Shown: piece by piece, positions 1 to 9,900 of the stretch
How the letters are laid out: each line of letters starts with the position of its first letter
Numbering within the stretch: the stretch's first letter is position 1
Source: Escherichia coli 042
GTDB lineage: Bacteria > Pseudomonadota > Gammaproteobacteria > Enterobacterales > Enterobacteriaceae
Direction: 5' to 3' (one strand)
DNA: 64,000 nt
Assembly (NCBI RefSeq): GCF_000027125.1
Contig: NC_017626.1
Made by a program: the position numbers and the translations under genes
The notes under the pieces: model-generated
Seen by the model: only the letters and a program-made list of their open reading frames with translations
Told to the model about the DNA's origin: nothing
The model's database searches: none

Positions 1-520
1 GTACCCTGCGCCAACAGTAACTTTTGCACCAGAACCAGTGAAGATCACTCACCCGATTTCACTTCCCTGACGTCAGCCTGAACACGGCTGGCGTTTTCAT
101 TTATAAACAGAAAGGAAAAATGATGATGTCAGATACCACACTCTCCCGCCCGGAGGTGGTCAGCGGGCATACGGACGTTATCTATTCCACCTCAGTCTGC
201 CACATTCTGGCTGTACGAAAGAGTACACTGTTGCCAATCGACACAATTATCCGGCATCAAGTAAGCGATATCAGTTAACCGATATAGATGGGGAAGATGC
301 TTTTATCCGGATTGGTTCTATCGCGATGGTGCGAGTACCACTTGATGCAATGGCGCCTGTCGAGGAAGATGACGAGTAACAGAGCTCGGTATCTCAATCA
401 GGACCTGATTGTCCTGGTTCGATGCCGAAAACCAGTGATTTTTCGTGTTGGTATCTGTGTTGGTATAGGATGGTGTTGTTTATTATTAACAATTTTAAAT
501 CATGAGGTTAAATCGCATGT

Positions 521-541
521 TTGAGTCCGGCCTTCGCACCA
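521..541 (+). repeat. 21-bp sequence resembling the 3' end (T-arm/acceptor/CCA) of tRNA-Leu leuX; possible att-site direct repeat of a leuX-integrated island
   Basis: ttgagtccggccttcgcacca read directly; compared with recalled leuX 3' end CGAGTCCGGCCTTCGGCACCA (one G missing); no full tRNA upstream. Confidence 0.4.
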
Positions 542-929
542 CATCGTATGCAAATCGAGTCGCTCAAGGGCGGCTTTTTTTGTACCTGTGTTTTCACTAC
601 TTTGTTTGCATGTAACGCTGATAATCTAAGAACTTCGGAAGCCCCATTTCCATCAATGATGTTCATTCATCATCCTGAAAATTAAGTAGATATAAAACTT
701 CATTGCCTTGGTCTAATGGCACAGAAATAGATTGCATTTGGCGAGTGGCATTCTTAGTGCGTCGTTGTTTAGTCATGAAACGATGCGTAAAATTGCTGAT
801 TTTATGTGTCAAAGTCCCGCAACCGGAGATGGCCTTACTTCAATGATCAACCACTATTGACGTATCCTTTTAATATCTTGATTCAATTCAGCAGGTTATC
901 GTCCAAAGTACAGCGAAGAGAGAGAAAAG

Positions 930-3821
930 ATGATTGGTACAACACCTTATCATGCGAAATATTTTGCGCATGAACTTTCCATTCTTCATTCAAACAATGG
1001 GGTGGACCGTCTGTCTCAATCGCTGTTTGATGCAAGCGTAGATCTAAACCCTCATCAAATTGAGGCGGCTCTTTTTGCTATCGAAAATCCGCTAAGCAAA
1101 GGTGTTGTGCTTGCCGATGAAGTTGGTTTGGGTAAAACCATTGAAGCTGGACTAGTGCTTTGCCAGTTGTGGGCTGAAAGAAAACGTAAACTGTTGATCA
1201 TTTGTCCTGCTTCACTGCGTCGCCAATGGGCGAGCGAGTTACAGGAAAAGTTCAATCTACCTTCTCAGGTGTTGGACGCGAAAATGTATAGCCAGCTTCA
1301 AAAAGAAGGGATCCATAATCCCTTAAATAATAAATCGATCACTATCATGTCATACCACTATGCTGCTCGGTTAGAAGAGAAATTGGTGGCTGAAATGTGG
1401 GATCTGGTTGTTATCGACGAAGCCCATAAACTGCGTAATGCTCATCGAGAAAGCAACAAAATGGGGCAAGCGTTAAAGCGTGCGCTTGATGGGCGGAAGA
1501 AATTACTACTGACCGCAACGCCTTTACAGAACTCGTTGATGGAACTGTATGGCATGTCGACGCTTATAGATGAACATACCTTCGGCGAAGTTAAAGCGTT
1601 CAGAAAGCAATATATGCAGGCAGATAGCGATATTGCGGAGTTGAAGGGGCGATTGTCGCGTTTTATCAAACGAACTCTACGCAAGAATGTGCTGGAGTAT
1701 ATCAAGTATACAGAACGTAAAGCGATCACTATTCCTTTCTATCCGAGCGAACAGGAGCAGGATCTTTATGAACGCGTACAAAAATTGCTTGAACGTGAGG
1801 ATAGCTATGCCTTACCAAAACGACACCGGCATCTGACGGGGCTTATACTCAGAAAACTACTTTCCTCAAGTACGAAAGCCGTATTGAATAACTTGCAGAT
1901 CCTTAAGACTCGTTTAGAAAGGTTAAAGCTGGAAGGTATCGTTGAAGATGATATGGACATCATCCAACAGATCATAATGGATGATGATCTTGAAGATGAC
2001 ATCGTTGAAGATGCCGAATCAGTAGCGCCAGATACAGAGTGCAAATCTGTGGATTCAGATGCGCTTCAGGCAGAAATCAATGAGCTGGAATCACTCATTG
2101 TCAAAGCAGAACAGATTGGCACTGATACCAAATCAAAAGAGTTGCTTTCTGGCCTGGAGCAAGGTTTTGCACAGCTTGCCGAAATGGGGGCTGCAAAAAA
2201 AGTCATCATCTTCACGGAGTCGATGCGAACTCAACAGTACCTTGCACATTTTCTGGAAAACAATGGCTACCAGGGAAAAGTAGTAACCTTTAGTGGCACA
2301 AACAATACACCGCAGGCAAACAAGATCTACCAGCAATGGCGCGAGGAATATCAGGGATCTTCTCGTATTACCGGGTCGGCGCAAATTGATAAACGCTCGG
2401 CTTTGATCGACCACTTCAAAGATCATGCTGAAATCATGATAGCTACAGAAGCTGCAGCTGAAGGGGTGAACCTGCAATTTTGTTCGCTACTGATCAATTA
2501 CGATTTCCCCTGGAACCCACAACGCATTGAACAGCGTATTGGACGTTGTCACCGATACGGGCAAAAATTTGATGTGGTTGTTATTAACTTCCTCAATCAG
2601 CGAAACCAGGCCGATCAACGCGTTCTTGAACTCTTAACTGAAAAGTTCAGCCTGTTTGATGGCGTGTTTGGCGCATCGGATAGTGTGCTTGGCAGCATAG
2701 AAAATGGTGTGGATTTTGAAAAAAGGATCCAGTCAATTTATGAGTCATGCCGTACCCCCGAGGAGATAGAGCTGGCTTTTGAAAGGTTGCAGAAAGAGCT
2801 GGAAGATGAAATCAATCTCAAGATGCAGAAGACGCAAGAACAGTTGCTTGAGCATTTTGATGAAGATATTCACGATATCCTTAAAATAAGGCTTGATGAA
2901 GCTCGGGAGCGCCTGGATAAAGTCGGTCGTTGGTTTTGGGCCGTGACCTGTCAGCAGCTCAAACAATATGCTGATTTTGATCATGAGCATCATCGTTTCA
3001 CTTTACGTGAATCAGTCAATGAACTGCCTGTCGGGCAGTACCAGCTGTTGCGCAAAGATGGCAGGCAAAATAGTGCGTTACAAATGCAGGATCACCACAG
3101 TTTTGCATATCGGATCAATCATCCGCTGGGTGAGTACGTCATTGAGGGAGCCAAAGCCCAGGAGACGAAAACAGCTGAAGTCATCTTCGATTACAGTAAC
3201 CACACAACGAAAGTTTCGGTGGCTGAGCAGCTGAAAGGGCAATCAGGATGGTTAACACTAAATTTGCTTACTGTTGATGCGTTTAACAGGCAGCAATTTT
3301 TAGTCTTTACCGCGAAAACTGACAACGGACGTGTGGTAGATGGTGAAGCTTGTAAACGTCTGTTCAACTTGTCTGCAATAACCAACGAAAAGCTGGATAA
3401 TTCGGCAAGTTTAGATGCATTACCTGATGACTTGATCTTACTCAAGAACAGGCAAATTGACGCCAGGCTTGCAGAAGTTTTGGAGCAGAACTATGTCCTT
3501 TTTGAAGCGGAAAGAGATAAGCTGGAAAAATGGGCTGAAGACATGATCTTTGCGGCGGAAGAAGCATTACGCGATACCAAAATGCAAATCAAGTCGTTGA
3601 AGCGAGAAGCCAGGCTGGCGCAATCGATCGAAGAACAAAAGCAAAACCAGGAAAAGCTTAAGCTACTGGAACGGCAGCAGAAGCGTCAACGTATGGAAAT
3701 TTTTGACATTGAAGATGAGATCGCCGACAAGAGGGATGAACTCATCAGTGCCCTTGAAGAGCGGATGAAGCAAAAGACGGATATCACCGAGCTGTTTACC
3801 ATCCGCTGGAAAGTTATTTAA
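930..3821 (+). CDS. SNF2-family (SF2) helicase/ATPase with C-terminal charged coiled-coil-like region; gene 1 of candidate defence operon
   Basis: 963-aa ORF from ATG 930; motifs in translation: LADEVGLGKT (motif I), VVIDEAHKLRN (DEAH), LLLTATPLQN (motif III), QRIGRCHRYGQK (motif VI); C-terminal E/K/Q-rich region. Confidence 0.85.
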   Translation: MIGTTPYHAKYFAHELSILHSNNGVDRLSQSLFDASVDLNPHQIEAALFAIENPLSKGVVLADEVGLGKTIEAGLVLCQLWAERKRKLLIICPASLRRQWASELQEKFNLPSQVLDAKMYSQLQKEGIHNPLNNKSITIMSYHYAARLEEKLVAEMWDLVVIDEAHKLRNAHRESNKMGQALKRALDGRKKLLLTATPLQNSLMELYGMSTLIDEHTFGEVKAFRKQYMQADSDIAELKGRLSRFIKRTLRKNVLEYIKYTERKAITIPFYPSEQEQDLYERVQKLLEREDSYALPKRHRHLTGLILRKLLSSSTKAVLNNLQILKTRLERLKLEGIVEDDMDIIQQIIMDDDLEDDIVEDAESVAPDTECKSVDSDALQAEINELESLIVKAEQIGTDTKSKELLSGLEQGFAQLAEMGAAKKVIIFTESMRTQQYLAHFLENNGYQGKVVTFSGTNNTPQANKIYQQWREEYQGSSRITGSAQIDKRSALIDHFKDHAEIMIATEAAAEGVNLQFCSLLINYDFPWNPQRIEQRIGRCHRYGQKFDVVVINFLNQRNQADQRVLELLTEKFSLFDGVFGASDSVLGSIENGVDFEKRIQSIYESCRTPEEIELAFERLQKELEDEINLKMQKTQEQLLEHFDEDIHDILKIRLDEARERLDKVGRWFWAVTCQQLKQYADFDHEHHRFTLRESVNELPVGQYQLLRKDGRQNSALQMQDHHSFAYRINHPLGEYVIEGAKAQETKTAEVIFDYSNHTTKVSVAEQLKGQSGWLTLNLLTVDAFNRQQFLVFTAKTDNGRVVDGEACKRLFNLSAITNEKLDNSASLDALPDDLILLKNRQIDARLAEVLEQNYVLFEAERDKLEKWAEDMIFAAEEALRDTKMQIKSLKREARLAQSIEEQKQNQEKLKLLERQQKRQRMEIFDIEDEIADKRDELISALEERMKQKTDITELFTIRWKVI

Positions 3822-3841
3822 TTGATTTGAAAGAGAAAATA

Positions 3842-6800
3842 ATGAGTAAGTACAACGAATTAGTTAAGAAGTTAAAAGAAATTTTTCAGATTGATCGACC
3901 AGAACTGGATTTCGGTATTTATCGTATTTTAAATGCACGTGCTGATGAAATTAACGACTATCTGGATAATAAGCTGAAGGCCAAAATCCAGTCTGCGCTG
4001 GCGGATGCAGGAAATGCCAATAAATCAGAATTAGAACATCAGTTGCAACTGACAATAAAAGCGGCAACTGATGCGGGTGTAGACCCTGCTGATAGCCCAA
4101 AAGTACAGGAGCTTAAAAAGCAACTGGCGGCTATGGCATCCGGAGCAAATGAGCATGAAAATGCAGTATTTTCCCATCTGCTCACTTTCTTTTCGCGTTA
4201 TTATGACAACGGCGATTTTATCAGCAAACGCCGTTATAAAGGTAATACCTACGCCATCCCCTATTCTGGCGAAGAAGTGATGTTGCACTGGGCAAATAAG
4301 GACCAGTACTACATTAAAAGCGGTGAAAACTTCGCTAATTATTCGTTCAAATTAGAAGACGGTCGTAAAGTTAGCTTTAAATTGCTCGCAGCGGACACAG
4401 CAAAAGATAACCGTAAAGATAATGAATTAGATCGCTGCTTTGTACTTATTGAGCCGCATGTTCGTACCAAAATTGATGAAGAAGGCGATGAGTACGAACA
4501 AGAATATAAGCCAGTAGAAGTGGTGAAAACTTCATCTGTGGTTGACGGTAAACTCGTTGAAACAGAAGAGTTAGTTATTCATTTCGAATATAAGGCAATG
4601 AAAAAGGGCACTAAGCAGGATGCTTTAGTGCAGTCCGCTATTTCAAAAATTCTGGCTGATAAAACAGTACAACAGCATTGGGTTGATCTTGCTAAACGTG
4701 CGCCAACCGAAAAAAATCCGTCACGTACAGAGTTGGAGCGTCATTTAACAACATATACCCAACGTAATACGGCTGACTACTTTATTCATAAAGATCTCGG
4801 TGGCTTTTTAACGAACGAACTGGATTTTTATATTAAAAATGAAGTAATGAATCTCGATAATGTGCAAAATGCAGAAGTGTTTGCTAATATTGAGAAACAA
4901 CTGCGCATGATTCAATGTTTGCGTGCTGTTGCGCTGGAACTCATCACTTTTTTGGCACAGATTGAGAATTTCCAAAAGAAACTTTGGACTAAGAAAAAGT
5001 TTGTTGTAGAGACAAACTATATATTTACCGTAGATAAGTTACCAGAGGAATTATATTCAATTGTCATTAAGAATGATGCCCAATGGGAACAATGGAAGCA
5101 ATTAGGTTTCCTCAGCGATTTTTCGGGAGATAGAGAGAAAACTCTGAAAGAAAAACAAGGGTTAATTGTTGATACTTCATTATTTGATTCCAAGTTCAAA
5201 GAGAAATTTATCAACAATATCGCTGATGTTGACACAAATGTTTCCGCTTATTTATATAGTGGAGATAATTATCAAGTGTTAAATCTTATTAAAATAAAAT
5301 ATAATAATAAAGTTGATGGTATATATATAGATCCACCTTATAATACCAATGCGTCTGAGATTTTATACAAAAACGGTTATAAGGATAGCTCATGGTGTTC
5401 TTTAATGAGTTCTCGTTTAGAGATAAGTAAATCCTTATTAAAAGAAAATGCAGCTACTTGTACAACTATTGATGAGTATGAAGTTGCTAATTTGGAATTA
5501 TTGCTAAAAGAAACGTTTACAGGATATCAAATCAGACCTGTTGTTATTGAATATAACCATCGAGGACGAGTTAAAAGTAATTTCGCTATTACCCATGAAT
5601 ATGCTTTATGGACCTTACCAGAAAATAAAGATGTAATATCGAGACAAGTTGAAATATCAGAAGAAATTAGGCGTAACTTGCGTAGAACTGGTTCAGGTTC
5701 TACTCGTGCCGAATCTGAAAGTCAATTTTATGGCATCGAAGTTGACAATAATACCCTCGAGATTGTCAATGTAACCGAAGCTTTACCAAGTTTAGATTCA
5801 GCAATTCCTACGCATCTAAATAAAGATACAACAATGGTATGGCCAGTAGATGACCAAGGGGTTGAGCGGCGCTGGTACTATGGGCGAGATCGTGTTATTC
5901 GCGAAGCTAAAGAAGGTACTGTTTGGGCGAAAAGAATAAAAGGTGAGATACAAATACATTACAGACAAGCAGGAAAACCTAAAATGCGTAAATCTGTATG
6001 GATTGGTCCAAAGCTTGACGCAAGTACCTATGGTTCGGAACTATTAAATAGTTTGTTTAACGTGACTCAGATTAATTTTTCTTTTCCAAAAAGTATTTAT
6101 GCGGTTAAGGAATGTTTAGAGTCGCTTAGTAATTCGAAGTATGCTCATTTCTTAGACTATTTTGCTGGCTCTGGTACTACAGGGCATGCAGTGGTAGATA
6201 TGAATAGGGATGATAATGGTTTTCGAAAATTTAGCTTGGTCGAACAAGGTGAATATTTTTATTCTGTTACCTTGCCTAGAGTAAAAAAAGCTATTTTTAC
6301 AACTGATTGGAAGTATGGAAAAGCACTAAGCTGTAATCCAGTTGAGCAGACATTAATAAAATATATTAAAATTGAGAGTTTTGAGGATACTCTTAACAAT
6401 ATAGCACTGAAACGTACTGAAACAACAAAGGATCTTTTCGACGATCTTAAAGAAATTCGAGAGGATTATGTTCTTAACTATATGCTTGAAACAGAAAGCA
6501 AAGGCTCACTACTCAATACTGATAATTTCAAAAAACCATTTAACTACGAAATGGATGTTACAACGGATTCCGCAGGTGCTACTGAGCGTAAGAACATCGA
6601 TTTAGTTGAAACTTTCAACTATCTCATTGGCTTACATGTGAAATCCATCGAATCCAATATCGAACGTGGCTATGTGCGTGTTGAAGGAACGCTACCAACT
6701 GGCGAGCGTACCCTTATTCTGTGGCGCGATTGCGACAAGATCGGCTATGAAGAATTGAATAAATATGCCAACAGATTCGATTTATATGCAAAAGAAAATA

Positions 6801-6946
6801 CGTTCGACGTTATCTATATCAATGGCGATCATAACTTACCTACCGCCTTTACCGTTGATGAAGAAGACGGCGAGATTGTTCGTAGCCTGAAAATCCGCCA
6901 GATCGAACCTGAATTCTTGAACCTGATGTTTGCGGAGGAGGTTTAA
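3842..6946 (+). CDS. large beta-class N6-adenine/N4-cytosine-type DNA methyltransferase (Type III Mod-like core with N- and C-terminal extensions); gene 2
   Basis: ORF track opens at TTG 3827; first ATG 3842 with AAGAG upstream, 20 bp after gene 1 stop; motif IV DPPY (about 5330-5341) precedes motif I FAGSGTT (about 6161-6181) with about 285 aa between (TRD position). Confidence 0.8.
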   Translation: MSKYNELVKKLKEIFQIDRPELDFGIYRILNARADEINDYLDNKLKAKIQSALADAGNANKSELEHQLQLTIKAATDAGVDPADSPKVQELKKQLAAMASGANEHENAVFSHLLTFFSRYYDNGDFISKRRYKGNTYAIPYSGEEVMLHWANKDQYYIKSGENFANYSFKLEDGRKVSFKLLAADTAKDNRKDNELDRCFVLIEPHVRTKIDEEGDEYEQEYKPVEVVKTSSVVDGKLVETEELVIHFEYKAMKKGTKQDALVQSAISKILADKTVQQHWVDLAKRAPTEKNPSRTELERHLTTYTQRNTADYFIHKDLGGFLTNELDFYIKNEVMNLDNVQNAEVFANIEKQLRMIQCLRAVALELITFLAQIENFQKKLWTKKKFVVETNYIFTVDKLPEELYSIVIKNDAQWEQWKQLGFLSDFSGDREKTLKEKQGLIVDTSLFDSKFKEKFINNIADVDTNVSAYLYSGDNYQVLNLIKIKYNNKVDGIYIDPPYNTNASEILYKNGYKDSSWCSLMSSRLEISKSLLKENAATCTTIDEYEVANLELLLKETFTGYQIRPVVIEYNHRGRVKSNFAITHEYALWTLPENKDVISRQVEISEEIRRNLRRTGSGSTRAESESQFYGIEVDNNTLEIVNVTEALPSLDSAIPTHLNKDTTMVWPVDDQGVERRWYYGRDRVIREAKEGTVWAKRIKGEIQIHYRQAGKPKMRKSVWIGPKLDASTYGSELLNSLFNVTQINFSFPKSIYAVKECLESLSNSKYAHFLDYFAGSGTTGHAVVDMNRDDNGFRKFSLVEQGEYFYSVTLPRVKKAIFTTDWKYGKALSCNPVEQTLIKYIKIESFEDTLNNIALKRTETTKDLFDDLKEIREDYVLNYMLETESKGSLLNTDNFKKPFNYEMDVTTDSAGATERKNIDLVETFNYLIGLHVKSIESNIERGYVRVEGTLPTGERTLILWRDCDKIGYEELNKYANRFDLYAKENTFDVIYINGDHNLPTAFTVDEEDGEIVRSLKIRQIEPEFLNLMFAEEV

Positions 6947-6948
6947 GA

Positions 6949-9900
6949 ATGGCTAAAAAACCGACCACCGGTAAAGCAGTTAAAAAAGAGACTAACAGCA
7001 AGCTGAGCTTTCATAAGCAGTTGGTTTTAAACCGCTTTATGTTCCATTTTTTTAAAGATGGCACATTGCAAGGTTTGAAGAATCGGTTAGGCGAGGATCG
7101 CTTTGAAGGCATCCATGAAGATGGCCAAAGCTTATTCTTCCATGAGCTGAGTAACTATTTATTCGAGGTCGATCTTATCGATCTCGATGAACTGCGTCGT
7201 TACGATCTCAATATCGTGCAGCACTGGCAGCAGATAACCGAGCACCGTAATCGTAAAGAAGACACAGTGCTGAACATGAAATATTTTCAGTACTTGTCGC
7301 TTCTGTTTACCGAGATCTACCTGGACTGGTACTTCAACCGTAAACAGCAATTACTCGATGGGCTAAATAACGAGCTGGCAGCATACAATGCTGAAAATGA
7401 TAAAACAGCAAAAGACCGGGCTAATCAGTTCAAATCATACGTTCTGGATGATTTGAATAAACTGGCATACTGGAACGCTACTGGTTCTGGTAAGACACTG
7501 CTATTACATGTCAATATTTTGCAATATTTACATTATTTCCAGAACGGTAATAGCCATCATTACCCGGATAAAATCATCCTGCTTACGCCGGATGAACGCC
7601 TATCGAAGCAACATTTAGATGAACTGGAAAACTCAGGATTTACCCAATACCAGTTATTCGATAAGAGTAAATCCGCGCCATTTAAAGGCACGATTGAAGT
7701 TATTGATATCAATAAACTTGCCGATGAAATGGGTGACAAAACTGTTGCCGTTGAGGCATTTGAAGGCAACAATCTGGTCTTGATTGATGAAGGGCATAAA
7801 GGCACAGGAAGTGCTGCTGGTGCCTGGATGCGCCGTCGTGACAAATTAACGCGTGACGGATTTGCGTTTGAATATTCAGCAACTTTTGGCCAGGCAGTGG
7901 CCGGTGGCAATAATGTTGAGGCAGTTGAAACAGAAATTCAGAAGAAAAAAGCAAAGCTGCTTTTTGAAACAACTGCCTTAGGTAAACTGAGCGAAGAACA
8001 GTTAGCGCAAATAGCATTAACCAGCGAAGAACAACGTGATGCGCGTATTCAGGCGACACGAGAAGTCTATGGGAAATCGATTCTGTTCGATTACTCCTAT
8101 AAATTCTTCTATGAGGATGGTTATGGTAAAGAATCACTGATTCTTAACCTTAATCCTGAAGAGGATAAAAAAGATGAGCGTCGGTATGAGTATTTTACCG
8201 CGTGTTTGCTCAGCTTTTATCAGCAACAATATTTATTCAATAAGAATAAAGAAAAATTAAATGAATTTAATATCGAAAAACCGCTATGGGTTTTTGTCGG
8301 TAACACCGTAAGTGGTGAAGATTCAGACATTCACGCAGTACTGCGTTTTTTAGCATGGTTTTTAAATCATGAATCGCAGGCAAAATCGTGGATTAAAGAT
8401 CTCATTGAAAATAAAGCGCGAATTCTTGATACCAAAGAGCGTAACATTTTTGAAAATCGCTTTACCGCACTAATGAACGGCCCGGAAGATATCTACGCAG
8501 ATATTCTTTCTCGTTTGTTTAACACCACTCACTCAGGTCAGAGACTGCGAGTTCTGAATTTAATAGGCAGTAAAGGTGAACTGGCATTACAGGTTGGTGA
8601 GGCCGAACCGTTTGGTCTTATCAATATTGGTGATGCACCGTCTCTTTACAAAATGTGTGAAGAGGATACGACATTTGATTATCAGAGAGATGATTTTGCG
8701 AAGTCACTCTTTCATACGTTAAATGACAAAGACTCGCAACTACATATTTTGATCGGCTCGCGAAAATTTACTGAAGGCTGGAGCAGTTGGCGCGTCTCAA
8801 CGATGGGATTGCTCAATATGGGCCGTGGAGAAGGTTCACAGATCATTCAGTTATTTGGTCGTGGCGTTCGCCTTAAAGGTCGCAATTATTCTTTGAAACG
8901 CAGTACACCCGGTGAGCGTCCGAAAGGGTTGCATCTGGAAAAATTAGAGACACTGAATGTATTCGGTGTACGTGCCGATTACATGGCAACCTTTAAACAA
9001 TACCTGGAAGATGAAGGGATTACGCCAAGTGACGAGATCCTTGAGCTGAATTTTGAAACTCGGCCAAATATGCCAGCAACCAGGCTTAAAACACTTAAGC
9101 TTAAAGATGGTTATAAAGATAATCAAAGACTCGGCTTTAAACGTGTCTATTTTCCCGAATTGTATGAAGTTCCTGCTGATTTTCAGGGGAAAATTAAGCA
9201 GCCGCATATTAAGCTGGACCTATACCCGAAACTTGAGTCGATTGATACCAGCAGAAAAGGGGACAATACTCCGGTTAACGTGCGTAATGAAGCGAAGTTA
9301 GATTATAAAATCATTAGTGCGTTTGATTTTGATCGGCTTTATCTCGCCATTCAGAATTATAAACTACAACGCGGCTGGTCAAATTTACGTGTGGATAAAC
9401 AACGTTTGATCGACTTTTGTACCGGTAAGACAAAGATCGGAAATAGTTGGTATACCCTTTTGATTCCAGCTTCAGAGCTTGAGATTAAGCAATATGCAGA
9501 TATTGCTAAGCAGGAAGATATTATGCTTCGTCTGCTGACTGATTATACTGATCGCTTTTACAACACATTGAAAAATGCTTATGAAGGTCAGTTTTATGAA
9601 GTCACGCAGGTGAAAGAAGATGATCCTGGTATGATCAAAATGTACCATTTCGAGATCGAAGAAACTGATGATGGGTTGGCATATGCCAGTCGGCTGGAAC
9701 AATTACAACAATTGGTCATCGACGGCGAAATCGGTAAAGCAAAATCCTGGAGTGCATCCGGGATGGTTGCTATTACCTTTGATAAACATCTCTATTATCC
9801 ACTTCTTTCGATTGAAAAAAATGCCAACATACCGCTAAAAATGCGACCGGCAGCACTGGGTGCATCAAGTGAGATTACTTTTGTCCATGATCTTCAGTCT

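Noticed and set aside
288-524. 78-aa ORF (+) near the left end
   Set aside because: Cys/Arg-rich with no motif; it ends inside the leuX-like repeat, so more likely non-coding island-boundary DNA. A 55-codon ATG ORF at about 120-287 was also seen and left uncalled for lack of support
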